Assembly: GCA_038228295.1 (NCBI GenBank)
Contig: JBBRPH010000002.1
Location: forward strand, 39,293 to 103,292
DNA from: Chloroflexia bacterium
GTDB lineage: Bacteria; Chloroflexota; Chloroflexia; QHBQ01; JAICKM01
Reading direction: 5' to 3'
DNA length: 64,000 nucleotides
The notes beneath the pieces are model-generated. The model was not told the DNA's origin and ran no database searches. It was given only the letters and a program-made list of their open reading frames with translations. Made by a program: the position numbers and the translations under genes. This document shows, piece by piece, positions 6,569 through 14,409 of this stretch. Each line of letters begins with the position of its first letter. Within the stretch, counting starts at the first letter, position 1.

Positions 6569-8146
6569 ATGGACGAGATGGGGACTAGCGTGATTCATGC
6601 CCCGGCATTTCAGACGGGGCTGGACTGGATCAACACCGTGGGCGGCGCGCCGCTCACGCTGAGCGAGTTGCGCGGCAAGATCGTGTTGCTGGATTTCTGG
6701 ACATACGGCTGAATCAACTGCATCCATATTCTGCCGCAGTTGCGGCAGTTGGAGGCGCAGTTTCCTGATGAACTCGTTGTGATTGGCGTGCATTCAGGCA
6801 GATATACTGCCGAGCGCGACACGGCCAATGTGCGCGATGCTGTACTACGGCTGGGCCTAGATCATCCGGTGGTCAACGACCGCCAGTTCCGCATCTGGAA
6901 GAGCTATGCCGTCAACGCTTGGCCGACCGTGGTGCTGGTGGACCCGCGCGGCTATTACATCGGCAGCCATGCCGGGGAAATTACTGCTGAGGACTTCGGC
7001 CCGGTGATCGCGCAGGCGGTTGCCACGTTTGACCGGCTAGGCACGCTCGACCGCCGGGTGGTGCCTTTTCACCCGGCCCACCTGGATGAACCGGCGCGCC
7101 CGCTGCGCTACCCCGGCAAGGTGCTGGCGGTGGCCGGCACCGCCGGCGCGGCCGACCGCCTATTTATCGCCGATAGCGATCACCACCGCATCATCGGCAC
7201 GCACCTGGCCGCCGATGGGCACAGTGCCGCTGTAGATTGGGTCGCGGGGAGCGGCACAGCGGGAGCTGCCGACGGTCCCTTTGCCGGCGCGCAATTCTAC
7301 CGCCCACAGGGTATGGCCCTGGCCGGTGATACGCTTTATGTGGCCGACAGCGAAAACCACGCCATTCGCCGCCTAGCATTGGGCGCGAGGCAAGTGACGA
7401 CAGTGGCCGGGACGGGCGAGATCGGCGCGTATCAGCGCACCGGCGGCCCGGCTCGCACCACCGCGCTTAACTCGCCGTGGGATCTGGCTTGGGTCGGCAA
7501 TCGACTGTACATTGCGATGGCGGGATACCACCAGTTGTGGGTCTACGATCCTGTTGCGGACACAGCGCTGCCCTATGCCGGCACCGGGCGTGAAGCCCTC
7601 GGCGACGGCAAACTGTGGACCGCCGCCCTGAACCAGGCGCGCACAATGGACGATCTGCGCGGTTACGCCAGCCTAGCCCAACCGACCGGCTTGACTAGCG
7701 ACGGCACGCAGCTCTATTTTGCGTGCAGCGAAGCACAAGCGATTCGCACAGTCGATCTGAGGGTGGGTGACGTGCAAACACTGGTCGGTACCGGCCTGTT
7801 CGATTTCGCGGATAAGGACGGCGTGGGTGACGCAGTGCGCCTGCAACACCCCTTCGGCTTGGCCTATCACGCGGGCAGCGGGTGCTTGCTGGTAGCCGAT
7901 ACTTACAACAGCAAAATCAAACGGCTCGACCCGGCCACGCGCACCGTGACAACTTGGCTGGGCGGCAACCCGCGTGCGCTGACCAATGGCCCCGCCGCCG
8001 AGGCGCGCTTCAATGAGCCGGAAGGTGTGAGCGTGGCGGGCGACCGGCTGTATATCGCCGACACCAACAACCACGCCATCCGCGTGGTGGACTTGACGGA
8101 TCCGGCGGGGCACGTCACGACGCTGGAGTTGCGTGGCCTGGCTTAA
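6569..8146 (+). CDS. Thioredoxin-fold + NHL-repeat beta-propeller protein (NHLRC2-like) with in-frame TGA at 6710-6712: candidate selenoprotein or freshly disrupted gene
   Basis: Tracked ORFs 6521-6712 and 6740-8146 share one frame and are split only by TGA 6710-6712. The junction reads '[12 protein letters not shown][TGA][17 protein letters not shown]' (thioredoxin-fold active-site region). NHL repeats: '[11 protein letters not shown]', '[14 protein letters not shown]', '[14 protein letters not shown]', '[14 protein letters not shown]'. ATG 6569 follows GGAGGAGG. Coordinates assume read-through. Confidence 0.6.
6716..6762 (+). promoter_or_regulatory. SECIS-like two-tier stem-loop immediately downstream of the in-frame TGA
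   Basis: Lower stem AACTGC (6716-6721) / GCAGTT (6757-6762). Upper stem CTGCCGC (6731-6737) / GCGGCAG (6742-6748). Apical loop AGTT (6738-6741) contains G-U, ~27 nt after the UGA. Confidence 0.4.
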
Positions 8147-10322
8147 ACGCGCATCCGTGGACCCGTGGCTATGGGCGATCCTGGCAGGCGCGTTGCTACT
8201 GCGGCTGGGCTACCCGGTCCTGGTCGGCCTGCCGGCGCGCACGCCCCTGCACGGCTTTGTGATTGACGAGCAAGAGTACTTTGGGGCTGCATCCGTCTTC
8301 GCTGATGGGCGCGGTTTGCATTTCTATGACACGTTTCTCTGGACGCGCACGCCGCTTTACCCGCTGCTGGTCGGCGTGCTGTTCCGGCTATTCGGGCAAA
8401 ATACCGGACCGGTCTTTGCCTTACAAGCCGTCCTGTCCACGCTGACGCTGGTAGGGATTGCTGCCCTCGCCGCCCGTTGCGCCGCCCGCGCCCCGGCGCT
8501 CGGCCTGTCTCCGCGCGCCGCCGCTCGCCTCAGCGCACTACTCGGCGCGCTCTGGTTGCCCCTCACCCTGTTCAGCAACCTACTGTTGAGCGAGACGCTG
8601 TTCCTGCTGTTGGTGGTTGCCGCGTTCCTGTGCTTGCTGCGCTGGGCCGACAGTCGTCAGTCGTCAGCAACTTACGCATTACGTTTTACGCATTACGCTT
8701 CACTTTCCACTGCGGGCCTATGCCTGGGCTTGGCGGCCTTGACGCGGGCGACGGCATTGGCCTTTGTGCCGGTGGTGGGGCTGTGGGTGCTGTGGCTAGT
8801 GCGCCGCGCCGGCGCAGGGCAGGCGTTAGCGGTGCTGCTGATCGGGTTGGCGCTGCCGGTGGGGGCGGGGGTGGCCTATAATTACAGCGCGTATCATACA
8901 CTGATCCTCGGTGATACGAGTAGCGGCTATAACCTGTGGCTGGCGAGTACCGGCGTGCGCGATGCCGAACGGCTCAACAGCGACCTGCGGGCCATTGCCG
9001 ACCCGGTAGCGAAAGGCCGTTATGCGGCCGGTAAGGCGTGGGAAAATATCACGGCCCGGCCCGGCGATTTTGTGATCAAAGGCGTGAAAGAATTGCTTGA
9101 TTTTTGGCGCATCAACTTTGGCTCGGAGGAACGGCAGGTGCGCGGCTATAGCTGGGGACGTGTTCCCGCCCGCTTGCTCCTCAGCTTGCTGGTCGGCGAA
9201 GACGGCCTGTATATTGCCGTCGCGCTGCTGGCGCTGCTGGGCCTAGCTGCCGCGCCGCCCGATCCGCTGAAGGCACTCACCGCACTCTGGACGCTGACCT
9301 GGATGGCGGTGGTGTTTGTCTTTTTCGCTGTCAGCCGCTTTCGCTTGCCGGTGGTCGTGCTGTTGCTGCCCTGGACCTCGCTGGGCTTGGCTTATCTCCG
9401 CAAGGTGCTACAACGCAGCAAGCAAAAATACATATCCCGGAAGAACGGCCGACTAGCTGCGGGACTAGCTCTGGCGTTCCTGATCGTGGTCCTGCCTAGT
9501 CTGCCCGACGACATGGCGGCGGTAGCGCTGGGCGTGAGCAAGTGGATCGCGCAAGCGCCTTATCGGGCGGCTGTGCCGTTGCTTGGTCCCGGCGGCGACC
9601 CGGCGGCAGCTTTAGCCCGCTTGGCGCAGGCGGACCAAACCGTGCCGGATAGCCAGTGGGCGACTGACGCGGCGCAACTGGCCCAGACGGGGGCGGATTG
9701 GGCGGGGTTGGCCCAGCGCCCGGAGATCGCATTGGGGCGTGATAGCCCCCTAGCCGATCAGTACGAGCCGTTCCTGTTGAGCGGCGCGATTGCGCGGGAA
9801 CAAGGCCGAGCCGGCAACGCGCAAACGGCGTTCAACGCCCGTCCGGTGCAACTCGCCGGCTGGGCGGCGGTGGATTGGGCGGCGCGTTTTCTGCCCGCCC
9901 CGTCGGCCGCGCGGGTGGACGTGGGTAGCACGCTGGATTGGGGCGCGGTGGCCGGCTTCTACGGCAGTGAAACTGTCGGCAATGGGGCCGCAGTTGTGAC
10001 CTATCGTTGGAGTGGGCCGACCGCGACCGTGCGTATACCTGTCACTGTTGCGACCCGACAACTGATTGTCCGTTGCAATGGCGGACGGCCGGCAGATGTG
10101 TCGCCCGCGACGGTGCAATTGCAGGCTACGGGATCGCAGGGGCTACAGGCGCCGCGCAGCTATACGCTCCCGACTGCCGCCGGTTGGCAGGAGATCAGCC
10201 TGCCTGTCATGCCGCCCGCTGCCGGCTGGATGACGTTGACCCTCCGCACCGCCGGTTTTGTGCCGGGCGGCTATGATCCGCGCTTGCTGGGAGTGCAAGT
10301 GGATTGGGTGGAGGCGCGCTGA
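8133..10322 (+). CDS. GT-C fold membrane glycosyltransferase (family 39 / ArnT-PMT-like) with large C-terminal extracytoplasmic domain
   Basis: 729 aa with many TM helices. The first-loop acidic motif 'VIDEQEYFGAA' is typical of the PMT/ArnT family. GTG 8133 follows GGAG and overlaps the previous stop by 14 nt. Confidence 0.7.
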   Translation: MAWLKRASVDPWLWAILAGALLLRLGYPVLVGLPARTPLHGFVIDEQEYFGAASVFADGRGLHFYDTFLWTRTPLYPLLVGVLFRLFGQNTGPVFALQAVLSTLTLVGIAALAARCAARAPALGLSPRAAARLSALLGALWLPLTLFSNLLLSETLFLLLVVAAFLCLLRWADSRQSSATYALRFTHYASLSTAGLCLGLAALTRATALAFVPVVGLWVLWLVRRAGAGQALAVLLIGLALPVGAGVAYNYSAYHTLILGDTSSGYNLWLASTGVRDAERLNSDLRAIADPVAKGRYAAGKAWENITARPGDFVIKGVKELLDFWRINFGSEERQVRGYSWGRVPARLLLSLLVGEDGLYIAVALLALLGLAAAPPDPLKALTALWTLTWMAVVFVFFAVSRFRLPVVVLLLPWTSLGLAYLRKVLQRSKQKYISRKNGRLAAGLALAFLIVVLPSLPDDMAAVALGVSKWIAQAPYRAAVPLLGPGGDPAAALARLAQADQTVPDSQWATDAAQLAQTGADWAGLAQRPEIALGRDSPLADQYEPFLLSGAIAREQGRAGNAQTAFNARPVQLAGWAAVDWAARFLPAPSAARVDVGSTLDWGAVAGFYGSETVGNGAAVVTYRWSGPTATVRIPVTVATRQLIVRCNGGRPADVSPATVQLQATGSQGLQAPRSYTLPTAAGWQEISLPVMPPAAGWMTLTLRTAGFVPGGYDPRLLGVQVDWVEAR
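8651..8706. repeat. Heptanucleotide array (8 units) inside CDS 8133-10322
   Basis: CAGTCGT CAGTCGT CAGCAAC TTACGCA TTACGTT TTACGCA TTACGCT TCACTTT. Locally AT-rich. Translated as 'SRQSSATYALRFTHYASLS'. Confidence 0.8.
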
Positions 10323-11911
10323 TGAGAAGCAAGCGCGGCGATTGGGCGACGTGGGCGCTGGGCGGGGCGTTGGCCCTGCTGGCGCTGCTGCTGACTTTGC
10401 GTGTGCTGGATAATGCGCGCATCATGGCCGGGCTGTTCGTCTGGCCGTTTCAGCACGACGAGTCGGAGAGCATGATCGTAGCCGAGACGTTGCTGCTCGA
10501 TCATGGCGTGAATATCTATGCCAAATTGACCCCGCAGCAGTTTATCGCCGCACCCTATCCGCCGCTCTACTATCTGCTCAACTGGCCGGCTATCCACCTG
10601 CTCGGCCCGACGTTCAAGGTGGGGCGTGCCTTGTCGCTGGCGGCGACATTGGCGGTGGGGCTGTTGCTGATCGCGCTGACCCGCCGCCTGACGGGCGACC
10701 GGCTAGCGGCCGTAATCGCGGCGCCGGCGTGGGGCGCAATCGGCATTGTGGGCTTCTGGGGGGTGTTGGTCAAGCCCGATATGCTAACCGTCGCGCTGGG
10801 CCTAGCCGGGTTGCTCTGGTTGTTGCGGGCGATTGCGGGACAAGGGCACATCTGGGGGGCGTTGCCGCTGTTCTGGGCCGCCTTCTATAGCAAGCAAACC
10901 GCCGTTGCCGCCGCCGTTGCCGCTTGTGTCTGGCTGATTTTGCGCGATTGGCGACGCGGCCTGATTTTCAGCACTCTCTATGCGGTGGGTGCCGGCGGCG
11001 GCACGCTGTTGCTCAACTGGTGGACCGCCGGCGGCTACTTCTATCACGAGTTCACCGAGCACAACCTGCCCTGGTTCCCTGCTGCTTACTGGGATGCGTT
11101 TAGCAATTGGGCCGGCAGCTACTGGGCGTTGCTGCTGCCGGGCTTGCTGGGTCTGGTGTTCGCGCTGCGGCAGGGGACTGCCCTCACTCCTCAATCCCCT
11201 TTCCTACCAGGAGAGGAGGAGAATGGCACAGGTTCCCCTCTGCTAAAGTGGCTGCGGTCGCCGGCGGTCCTTGCGGCCGGCTACGCGGGCATGAGCCTGA
11301 TCATGTCGAGCGGCGCGGGTACGTTGGGCGGCAACCACAATCATCTGTTGGATCTGACGGCAGCGCTGTGTTGGGGATTAGGTATAGCAGTGGCGGTGCT
11401 GCGGGCGGCACCGCGTCCGCTGGGACAAGTGCTAGGGGCGGCGGCGGTGCTGGCGCTGTGTGTGGGAGTAGGTACGTCGGCCGGCACGCCGCACTGGTTG
11501 AGCCAGGAGTTTCGCGTGCTGCCGCGCACAGTGCTTGATGGGATGCCCAATGTAGCTCAGTATACCAGCAACACCGCCGGGCCGGTCTACTCCACCGACC
11601 TGAGTGTGCTGCTCGTCACCGACAAGTGGCGCGTGCGCCTGTGGACCACCGATCCCTATACTCAGACCCACGCCGGGTCGGCGCAAATCCATCGTCTGGC
11701 GGTGGATCGGTGGGACGAGTCGGCCTTGATCGCAGCGGTGCGGCGGCATTATTTCAGCCTGATCGTGCTACGCTTCAACCTCAACCCGGACGATCCCAAC
11801 TACGGGGCCGCCGGCGATCTCTCTCCAGGCATGGCACAGGCCGTGCGCGACTCGTACCAGTTGGACCAGAGCAATGTGCGCTTCCTGTATAAGCCGAAGC
11901 CCCAGCCTTAG
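10322..11911 (+). CDS. Polytopic membrane protein, probable second GT-C-like glycosyltransferase
   Basis: ORF track start is 10304 (TTG). I prefer ATG 10322 (TGATG overlap with the upstream stop, GGAGG 6 nt upstream). >=10 hydrophobic segments and an early acidic loop 'FQHDESESMIVAE'. The family call is weak. Confidence 0.55.
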   Translation: MRSKRGDWATWALGGALALLALLLTLRVLDNARIMAGLFVWPFQHDESESMIVAETLLLDHGVNIYAKLTPQQFIAAPYPPLYYLLNWPAIHLLGPTFKVGRALSLAATLAVGLLLIALTRRLTGDRLAAVIAAPAWGAIGIVGFWGVLVKPDMLTVALGLAGLLWLLRAIAGQGHIWGALPLFWAAFYSKQTAVAAAVAACVWLILRDWRRGLIFSTLYAVGAGGGTLLLNWWTAGGYFYHEFTEHNLPWFPAAYWDAFSNWAGSYWALLLPGLLGLVFALRQGTALTPQSPFLPGEEENGTGSPLLKWLRSPAVLAAGYAGMSLIMSSGAGTLGGNHNHLLDLTAALCWGLGIAVAVLRAAPRPLGQVLGAAAVLALCVGVGTSAGTPHWLSQEFRVLPRTVLDGMPNVAQYTSNTAGPVYSTDLSVLLVTDKWRVRLWTTDPYTQTHAGSAQIHRLAVDRWDESALIAAVRRHYFSLIVLRFNLNPDDPNYGAAGDLSPGMAQAVRDSYQLDQSNVRFLYKPKPQP

Positions 11912-11914
11912 CAT

Positions 11915-12058
11915 CTAGCCGATAGCACCGGAGCCGGACCAGGCGGCGCGTTGCGCCCATTCCGCACTCTCGATGCCTTCGCGGCTGTCGGCGCCCCAAC
12001 GCAGGGCGGCGAGATCGAGGATCACTAACAAAGCTAGGCTAATCAACAGTTCCATCAT
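11915..12058 (-). CDS. Small (47 aa) single-TM protein, not in the ORF track (below its length cut-off)
   Basis: My translation: MMELLISLALLVILDLAALRWGADSREGIESAEWAQRAAWSGSGAIG*. GAAGGAG RBS ends 4 nt before the ATG (12058). Hydrophobic N-terminal helix followed by 'RWG.DSR'. Sits in an otherwise empty 280-nt gap. Confidence 0.55.
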   Translation of the reverse strand: MMELLISLALLVILDLAALRWGADSREGIESAEWAQRAAWSGSGAIG

Positions 12059-12075
12059 CAGGCTCCTTCACGCTC

Positions 12076-12104
12076 TTGACGACTACATTCTAACCCTTTA
12101 TAAT
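12076..12104 (+). promoter_or_regulatory. Near-consensus sigma-70-type promoter upstream of the CGNR zinc-finger gene
   Basis: TTGACG (12076-12081), 17 nt, TATAAT (12099-12104), in a markedly AT-rich intergenic island ~100 nt upstream of ATG 12206. Confidence 0.45.
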
Positions 12105-12205
12105 CCTTATCACTGGTTATATTGTAGATCAGAATCTCTAACCTGTCAATAGGTCTTTGCTGGTTAGAAGACCGATCTTGACTACACCATTTGATGGAGC
12201 AGCGC

Positions 12206-12844
12206 ATGAGCGAAAGTCCCGACCTCACCACCTTACGTCTGCTGGGGGGGCGGTTGTGTTTGGATTTTGTTAACACCATAGACGGCGGTTACGACCAGCC
12301 GCAGCGCGACTGGTTGGCGAGCTACGCCGATTTGGTAGCCTGGAGCCGGCACGCCGGGGCGCTGGACGCGCCGGCGGCGGCGACTTTGCACAAGGCAGGG
12401 GCACAGCGGCCTGACGCAGCAGCGAAGGCGTTAGCGGCTGCCGTGGCCTTGCGCGCGGCGCTCTACCGGATTTTCCGTGCCGTGAGCGACGCACAGCCGC
12501 CCCCCGCTGCGGCGCTGGCGACGCTAAACTTGGCGCTGGCGGACGCGGGGAGCTACGCTTGTCTGGTGCCGGTAGCCGGTGGGTTCGCGTGGGGTTGGAC
12601 CCCGGCGACCGACCGGCTGGATCGCGTACTATGGCCGGTAGTCCGTTCGGCGGCAGAGCTATTGCCGGCCCCTGACCTCGCCCGCGTGCGCGAATGTGCC
12701 GGCGACTCGTGCGCGTGGCTGTTTGTGGACACTAGCCGCAACGGCAGCCGCCGCTGGTGCGATATGCAAGACTGCGGCAACAAGGCCAAAGCGCGGCGCC
12801 ATTACCAGCGCCGCAACGGATCGCGTATAATGCCTTCAGATTAA
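12206..12844 (+). CDS. CGNR zinc-finger domain protein (ABATE + zf-CGNR)
   Basis: C-terminal '[39 protein letters not shown]' matches the CGNR zinc-finger signature. ATG 12206 lies 7 nt after GGAG (the ORF track starts at 12191). Confidence 0.85.
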   Translation: MSESPDLTTLRLLGGRLCLDFVNTIDGGYDQPQRDWLASYADLVAWSRHAGALDAPAAATLHKAGAQRPDAAAKALAAAVALRAALYRIFRAVSDAQPPPAAALATLNLALADAGSYACLVPVAGGFAWGWTPATDRLDRVLWPVVRSAAELLPAPDLARVRECAGDSCAWLFVDTSRNGSRRWCDMQDCGNKAKARRHYQRRNGSRIMPSD

Positions 12845-12912
12845 ACAGGCGCACCCAAGCGCGTCGCTATAACTTAGCGTACTTGCAACTTTTCACTCGT
12901 GATGGAGGCAAC

Positions 12913-13155
12913 ATGAGCGCAAACGTCAATAGCATTCCGCAGGACTTACTGGACATCCTGGTGTGTCCACTGGATCACGGCAAGGTGAATCTCCAGGGTG
13001 AGGAATTGGTCTGTGCCACCTGCGGCCGAGCCTATCCGGTGCGCGACGGCATCCCGGTGATGCTGCTGGACGAGGCCCGGTTGCCTGCCGATGGGACCGG
13101 CGCAGCGGCCGCTGTAGTCGGACGCACGCCGGGTGCCGCCGAAAGTGCCGAATAA
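12913..13155 (+). CDS. Trm112-family small zinc-ribbon protein
   Basis: '[14 protein letters not shown]...[24 protein letters not shown]' is the Trm112/UPF0434 signature. ATG 12913 follows GGAGG. The tracked ORF (12757) is an upstream extension. Confidence 0.85.
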   Translation: MSANVNSIPQDLLDILVCPLDHGKVNLQGEELVCATCGRAYPVRDGIPVMLLDEARLPADGTGAAAAVVGRTPGAAESAE

Positions 13156-14374
13156 AGGGGTCGTCTTTTTCTATCCGCGCCTTAAAAAGCTGACCGGGGC
13201 CGAGCGGCTTATCCTCAAGCTAGCCGATTATGTGGGCCGTGCCGGGGTGCCGGTCACGCTGTTGACGCAGCGCCTGGCCCCGGCTTGCCGGCCCGAACTA
13301 GCGCCGCACGTCCGCCTGCGGCAGATGGGCCGCCGTCTGGAATGGACCGGGCGGCATTACGCCGATGCCGCGCTGGAATATGGGCTGGGGCCGTGGCTCT
13401 TGCGTGGCTTACCGCCGTTGCGCGAGATCGCGGGGCTCTGTTTTTTCGGCCCACCCAGCCTCCCAGCGCTGTGGTGGGCCAAGCGGGTGCTGTTGCCGTT
13501 GCGTGGGCGGCGCGATATTCCCTGTCTCTATTTCTGCTTCGAGCCGCCACGGGTAATTTACAGCGACACGGCCGCCATTAGCCGCCGCTTGGGGCGGGCG
13601 GGCGGGCTGTTGCGCGTGGCGGCGCGGCTCTACAAAGGCATAGACCGCCGCATGGTCGCTGCTGCCGATGCGCTGCTGGGCAATAGCCCGTTTGGGGCGG
13701 CGCTGCTGGCGGCGGCCTACAGGCGGCCCGCCGTGGTGCTGCCGCATGGCGTAGACTTCCTGCCGCCGTCGCCCGCCGCCGTCACTACGACGCGCGCCGC
13801 CTTCGGCCTGGGTGATCGCCTGCTAGCGATCACGGTTAACCACCTGCACCCGCGCAAACGGGTGGACTTGTTCTTACGCGCCCTAGCCCAGGCGCGAGCC
13901 GATGGCGCAGATGTGGGCGGGGTGATCGTCGGTGGTGGGCCGGAGCGTACAGCGCTCGAAGCCCTCGCCCGCGAATTAGCGATCAGCGATCATGTCTACT
14001 TCACCGGCTTTGTGCCCGAAGCCGACCTGCCCGCCACCTACGCCGCCGCCGATTTCTATGTCCACACGGGAGTGCAAGAGAGCTTCGGCCTGTCGGTGAT
14101 CGAAGCCGCCGCGTTGGGTTTGCCGGTCATCGCCGTGGCTGAGGGCGGCCCCACCGCCACCGTGCAAGACGGCGTGACCGGCCTACTGGTCGCCGCCACG
14201 CCTACCGCCCTCGCTACCGCCGTCACACACCTGGCCGCCGACCCCACCTTACGCCGGCGCATGAGCCGGGCGGCCGCCGCACACATCGCCGGCGCCTATC
14301 GCTGGACCGACGGGGCGGCGGTGTTCCTGGCACAACTGGCGTTGGCGCAGGAGCGCGTAAAACGTAAAAGGTGA
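13133..14374 (+). CDS. Glycosyltransferase family 4 (GT-B, Glycos_transf_1)
   Basis: '[38 protein letters not shown]' is the GT4 E-x7-E region. Start uncertain (GTG 13133 or GTG 13145). Confidence 0.85.
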   Translation: MPPKVPNKGVVFFYPRLKKLTGAERLILKLADYVGRAGVPVTLLTQRLAPACRPELAPHVRLRQMGRRLEWTGRHYADAALEYGLGPWLLRGLPPLREIAGLCFFGPPSLPALWWAKRVLLPLRGRRDIPCLYFCFEPPRVIYSDTAAISRRLGRAGGLLRVAARLYKGIDRRMVAAADALLGNSPFGAALLAAAYRRPAVVLPHGVDFLPPSPAAVTTTRAAFGLGDRLLAITVNHLHPRKRVDLFLRALAQARADGADVGGVIVGGGPERTALEALARELAISDHVYFTGFVPEADLPATYAAADFYVHTGVQESFGLSVIEAAALGLPVIAVAEGGPTATVQDGVTGLLVAATPTALATAVTHLAADPTLRRRMSRAAAAHIAGAYRWTDGAAVFLAQLALAQERVKRKR

Positions 14375-14398
14375 GTATAGGTGGTGGCACCTTTTACG
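14363..14398. terminator. 11-bp hairpin built from inverted heptamer-repeat arms between convergent genes
   Basis: CGTAAAAGGTG (14363-14373) pairs with CACCTTTTACG (14388-14398), with a 14-nt loop. Overlaps the TGA stop 14372-14374 and lies 12 nt from the stop of the minus-strand gene (14410). Confidence 0.5.
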
Positions 14399-14409
14399 CT
14401 TCACGCCGC

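Noticed and set aside
6710-6712. Alternative genetic code (TGA = Trp or Gly) as an explanation for the in-frame TGA.
   Set aside because: TGA clearly terminates many well-supported genes in this window (e.g. 716-718, 14372-14374, 31910-31912, 42625-42627), so a global reassignment is excluded. Sec recoding or a pseudogene remain the options.
11180-11250. AT-richer segment encoding 'PQSPFLPGEEENGTGSPLLKW' inside the second GT-C-like gene, suspected to be an in-frame insertion of a small palindromic element (CCTTTCCT..AGGAGAGG).
   Set aside because: Similarity to the intergenic CCCTTTAG-type cores is loose and the hairpin is short. Without orthologue alignment I cannot distinguish this from an ordinary variable loop.
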